NCBI GenBank assembly: GCA_051750845.1
Contig: JBNJKC010000002.1
Location: 31,910-95,909, forward strand
Direction: 5' to 3'
Source: Pseudomonadota bacterium
GTDB taxonomy: Bacteria > Pseudomonadota > Gammaproteobacteria > Enterobacterales > Alteromonadaceae
Length of the DNA: 64,000 nt
Below are positions 61,493 through 64,000 of this stretch, one piece after another. Position numbers and translations under genes: made by a program. How positions within the stretch are numbered: the first letter of the stretch is position 1; every line of letters starts with the position of its first letter. Under the pieces are notes generated by a model. It searched no databases. It had not been told where the DNA came from and saw only the letters and a list, made by a program, of their open reading frames with translations.

Positions 61493-62949
61493 TTTTGAAT
61501 ATAATTTTTTACACGGCTCTTTAGTGAGTCAAACTTAGAGTCATTATTCAACGGTTGGTAGTGAGGGTCTATTGGAATGAATATCGCCGCAGGTTGTTTT
61601 GTTTCAATAGCCCTATTAAGCCAATGAATGGCTTGATCAAAATCGCCGGCAACTACTGCGTAACGAGCCCATGACAGAGGAGGAAGGTAATGCCCTAAAT
61701 TGGTATCCACCCGGCGGTCCAATAATTCCTGATAGACTGGACTAAGACCATGGTTATTGAATATGCTCTCATAGTGAGCAATTTGCTTTTCTGGAAAGTG
61801 TTGCTCTTTCATAAGTTGCTTTAGCGTTCGGAAAGCTTCTTCATCATTTCCTGTTAAGATAGCGATTCGGTTAAGGACGCGCTGAGATAGCCTTGACTCA
61901 GCTTCTGAATTTTCAATTCTTTGAACTTCCGCTGCGGCAAGATCATACTGTTCCTTAAATAGGTAAACGTAGGACATATTAAGGAACTTATAGTAATCTG
62001 GATTTTTGCGACGCAACTTGCCGAGAAACTTTTCAGCGTTTTCAAAGTCGCCAATAGAAATAAGAAACTCCGAGTATCCCTGATAAACAAGAGGATCCTC
62101 TGGACTGTATTTTAATGCGTTAAGGTAAGCGGCTTTCGCTGACTCAAACTCCCAATTGGCAATGTGTTTCAGCCACGCCTGTAGCAACCAGGCGTGGCCA
62201 TTTTCAGGCTCCTTTTCGAGTACGAAGTCCACAATTGACTGAACCTCACCTTTATAGATACCTATATCCCTGTAGCTGTTAAGCATGCTCAAATGGATTT
62301 TCGCTTGAGCTACAGTAAGGTAGGCGGGAAGGTAGCCTGGAGTTTGCTGAATAATGTCTCGGGCTATTGATATTGCTTTACGTTGGTGTTCTGGTTCCAT
62401 GACTTCGAGTGAGCTATTCGCTTTATTATGCTGCTCTATTACTGCTTTGGGATAAGCTGTCTCACTGTTGGCTTCAGGTACCCTTTTTAAAAGGTAAAAT
62501 GAACTGGCTCCAACGATAACTGCAACTATGGCTATTAACGCACCATAAATGGCTGGCTTCTTAGGTTTATGTTCTACCGGGGGGTTGGTCGGGAGCTGAT
62601 TGAGCGGTTGAAGCTTTTCCTGTGTTGCCTGCTTGACCTCAACCCTTGGTAGCCACTGATAGCCGTGACCGGAAAGCGTTTTTATAAAAGTAGGGTTATG
62701 GCGACTGTCACCGAGCACTTTTCGTAGTTTACTAATAGCTACTGAGAGACTATCCTCGTTAACGACCCGATCGGGCCACACCGCTTCAATGACTTCCAGT
62801 TTGCTGAGCTTTTCATTGTCGCTTTGGCAAAAGATGAGTAGAAGATCACTAACCCGCTGCTCCAAAATTTCGGAACGAGAGTTTAAAATCAGTAAGTTAG
62901 TCTCTGGTCGGAAGACGTAGTCTGAAAAGTGAAATTCGGTATTTTGCAT
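61489..62949 (-). CDS. ToxR/CadC-like membrane-anchored transcriptional regulator (winged helix, TM, TPR-like domain)
   Basis: VWPDRVVNEDSLSVAISKLRKVLGD...FIKTLSGHGYQ OmpR-type wHTH; one TM (AIYGALIAIVAVIVGASSFYLL); TPR-like helical C-terminus. Confidence 0.88.
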   Translation of the reverse strand: MQNTEFHFSDYVFRPETNLLILNSRSEILEQRVSDLLLIFCQSDNEKLSKLEVIEAVWPDRVVNEDSLSVAISKLRKVLGDSRHNPTFIKTLSGHGYQWLPRVEVKQATQEKLQPLNQLPTNPPVEHKPKKPAIYGALIAIVAVIVGASSFYLLKRVPEANSETAYPKAVIEQHNKANSSLEVMEPEHQRKAISIARDIIQQTPGYLPAYLTVAQAKIHLSMLNSYRDIGIYKGEVQSIVDFVLEKEPENGHAWLLQAWLKHIANWEFESAKAAYLNALKYSPEDPLVYQGYSEFLISIGDFENAEKFLGKLRRKNPDYYKFLNMSYVYLFKEQYDLAAAEVQRIENSEAESRLSQRVLNRIAILTGNDEEAFRTLKQLMKEQHFPEKQIAHYESIFNNHGLSPVYQELLDRRVDTNLGHYLPPLSWARYAVVAGDFDQAIHWLNRAIETKQPAAIFIPIDPHYQPLNNDSKFDSLKSRVKNYIQN

Positions 62950-63056
62950 TTGGTCTTTTATTTCTTACTATAGCTAAAGTTGTGTCCGAGTGGCAAATGA
63001 ATTCACTTTGTTAACGAAAAGTAATAAGAAAGTTGTTTTTTAGATCAATAAAATCA

Positions 63057-63084
63057 TTGAATTAATATTTGGTTCAAGTAGTCT
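63057..63084 (+). promoter_or_regulatory. Putative sigma70 promoter of the long ncRNA candidate
   Basis: TTGAAT (63057-63062), 16 nt, then TAGTCT (63079-63084). Confidence 0.4.
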
Positions 63085-63090
63085 TAACAA

Positions 63091-63427
63091 CGCTCCGGGG
63101 CCGTACGGACAGAAAAAAACAAAAAAAAGATGTTAAAAGCCCTTGAGGAAATAATAAAAAGACTGTAAAAATACAGCTGACTCGACACAAAAAAATAACA
63201 AGAGGTCGGGAGATTATCGAAAAGTCGGATTCCATCTTATTTCTCGATAATCCAGGGAGTAAAGCCAATAGGCTAGAGGTTGCTCCATTTTATAATAACA
63301 ATAATAAAAGAAAGGTTACGGAAAACCGCAATAACAAGTCGGAAGCAGTGACAACCATTCTCATAGTTGCAGTGCGCTGCCGATAATATGAGAGAAGCAG
63401 GCGATGTGTAAAAGCATCGCCTTTTTT
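63091..63427 (+). ncRNA. Candidate ~335-nt protein/sRNA-sponging RNA (CsrB/C-like GGA motifs plus CrcZ-like AANAANAA tracts)
   Basis: No credible ORF. Hairpins alternate with A-rich linkers; 7 GGA motifs; 5 AANAANAA tracts; terminator AGGCGATG/CATCGCCT plus T-run (63399-63427). Lies upstream of yihI, where enterobacterial csrC sits. Confidence 0.65.
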
Positions 63428-63551
63428 CTTATCTGAGCCAAGCCTTTCTTATAGCGTACAGCCTTTTCCTTTTTGTATTTTACCCTCCCACTGACGTCAT
63501 CCCCGTTAATGAGTTACAATAGGTCATATTAGTTTTTATTTAGGAGCGACC

Positions 63552-63965
63552 ATGACTCGCCGCAAAAAAACACGTAAGGCAGGGCCTTTGGCGCCGTCTA
63601 AAACGCCAAAAGAAAAACAGGCGTCAGATGCCGCCTCAAAAGGTAAAAAGAAGGGCAAGGGTCAACCGTCAGGCCAACGACATTCATCGGCTAAAGTTTT
63701 ACAGCAAAGTAGAACAAAAGGTGATGAGAAAGATCCCCGACATGGTAGTCGCCGTAAGGTAGCTTTGGTGATAACACCTGAGCAGGAACTAAAACAGTTG
63801 CAGGAAGACACTAAACTTCAGTTACTGGTTGAACGTTTCGAAAATGATGAGTCTCTGACAGCAGAAGAGCAGCGCTACCTCGATGAAAAATCTGAGCGTT
63901 ATGAGCAGCTGGTTGCCAAACTGGGTTATGAACTCGATGAAGAATGGGATGATGAGGAGCACTAA
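63552..63965 (+). CDS. yihI: Der GTPase-activating protein YihI
   Basis: Basic N-terminus MTRRKKTRK; GKGQPSGQRHS; KDPRHGSRRKVAL; acidic C-terminus. Confidence 0.9.
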   Translation: MTRRKKTRKAGPLAPSKTPKEKQASDAASKGKKKGKGQPSGQRHSSAKVLQQSRTKGDEKDPRHGSRRKVALVITPEQELKQLQEDTKLQLLVERFENDESLTAEEQRYLDEKSERYEQLVAKLGYELDEEWDDEEH

Positions 63966-64000
63966 TGTCCAGCGAACTCTATTGGATTATCGCCATTGTC
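63965..64000 (+). CDS. 5' end of a membrane-anchored protein, possibly DUF2489 family (partial)
   Basis: ATG overlaps the yihI stop (TAATG) and reads MSSELYWIIAIV. The family guess rests only on usual synteny with yihI. Confidence 0.4.
   Translation, partial: MSSELYWIIAIV

Noticed and set aside
62949-62970. CTTACT as half of a GacA/UvrY box upstream of the long ncRNA candidate
   Set aside because: The left half does not match TGTAAG-N6-CTTACA, so it is too weak to call.
62991-63005. TGGCAAATGAATTCA as a sigma54 promoter for a CrcZ-like RNA
   Set aside because: The essential -12 GC is absent (TTCA instead of TTGC), and it is far from the predicted start.
63074-63268. 64-aa minus-strand ORF across the long ncRNA candidate
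   Set aside because: Its Phe/Leu-rich sequence simply mirrors the + strand A-tracts; no RBS support.

Overview
Replication-origin region of a marine gammaproteobacterial chromosome. Gene content and order suggest Alteromonadales, probably Idiomarina or a close relative (inference). Most of the window is core genome: glmS-glmU, the atp operon, parAB, rsmG-mnmG, oriC, mioC, mnmE-yidC-yidD-rnpA-rpmH, dnaA-dnaN-recF-gyrB, glyQS, tusA, fadBA, slt-pepQ-yigZ, trkA-rsmB-fmt-def, dprA-smg-yrdD-tsaC-hemF-aroE, polA, engB, cytochrome c4 and yihI. Three parS sites are present. There are two accessory segments. (1) At 1-1846, a Tn7-like transposon end sits 24 bp past the glmS stop codon (attTn7), followed by AT-rich orphan ORFs and a DUF318-type permease that runs off the window. 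(2) At 57.3-62.9 kb, an RND pump and membrane fusion protein converge on a ToxR/CadC-like membrane regulator. The most interesting signal is non-coding. A ~77-nt candidate sRNA with sigmaE-type promoter geometry lies just after polA (54747-54823). A ~335-nt structured candidate RNA with five AANAANAA tracts and seven GGA motifs lies before yihI (63091-63427). The two share a perfect 12-nt complement (54780-54791 vs 63248-63259), suggesting an undescribed sRNA/sponge pair. No rRNA, tRNA or CRISPR array was seen.
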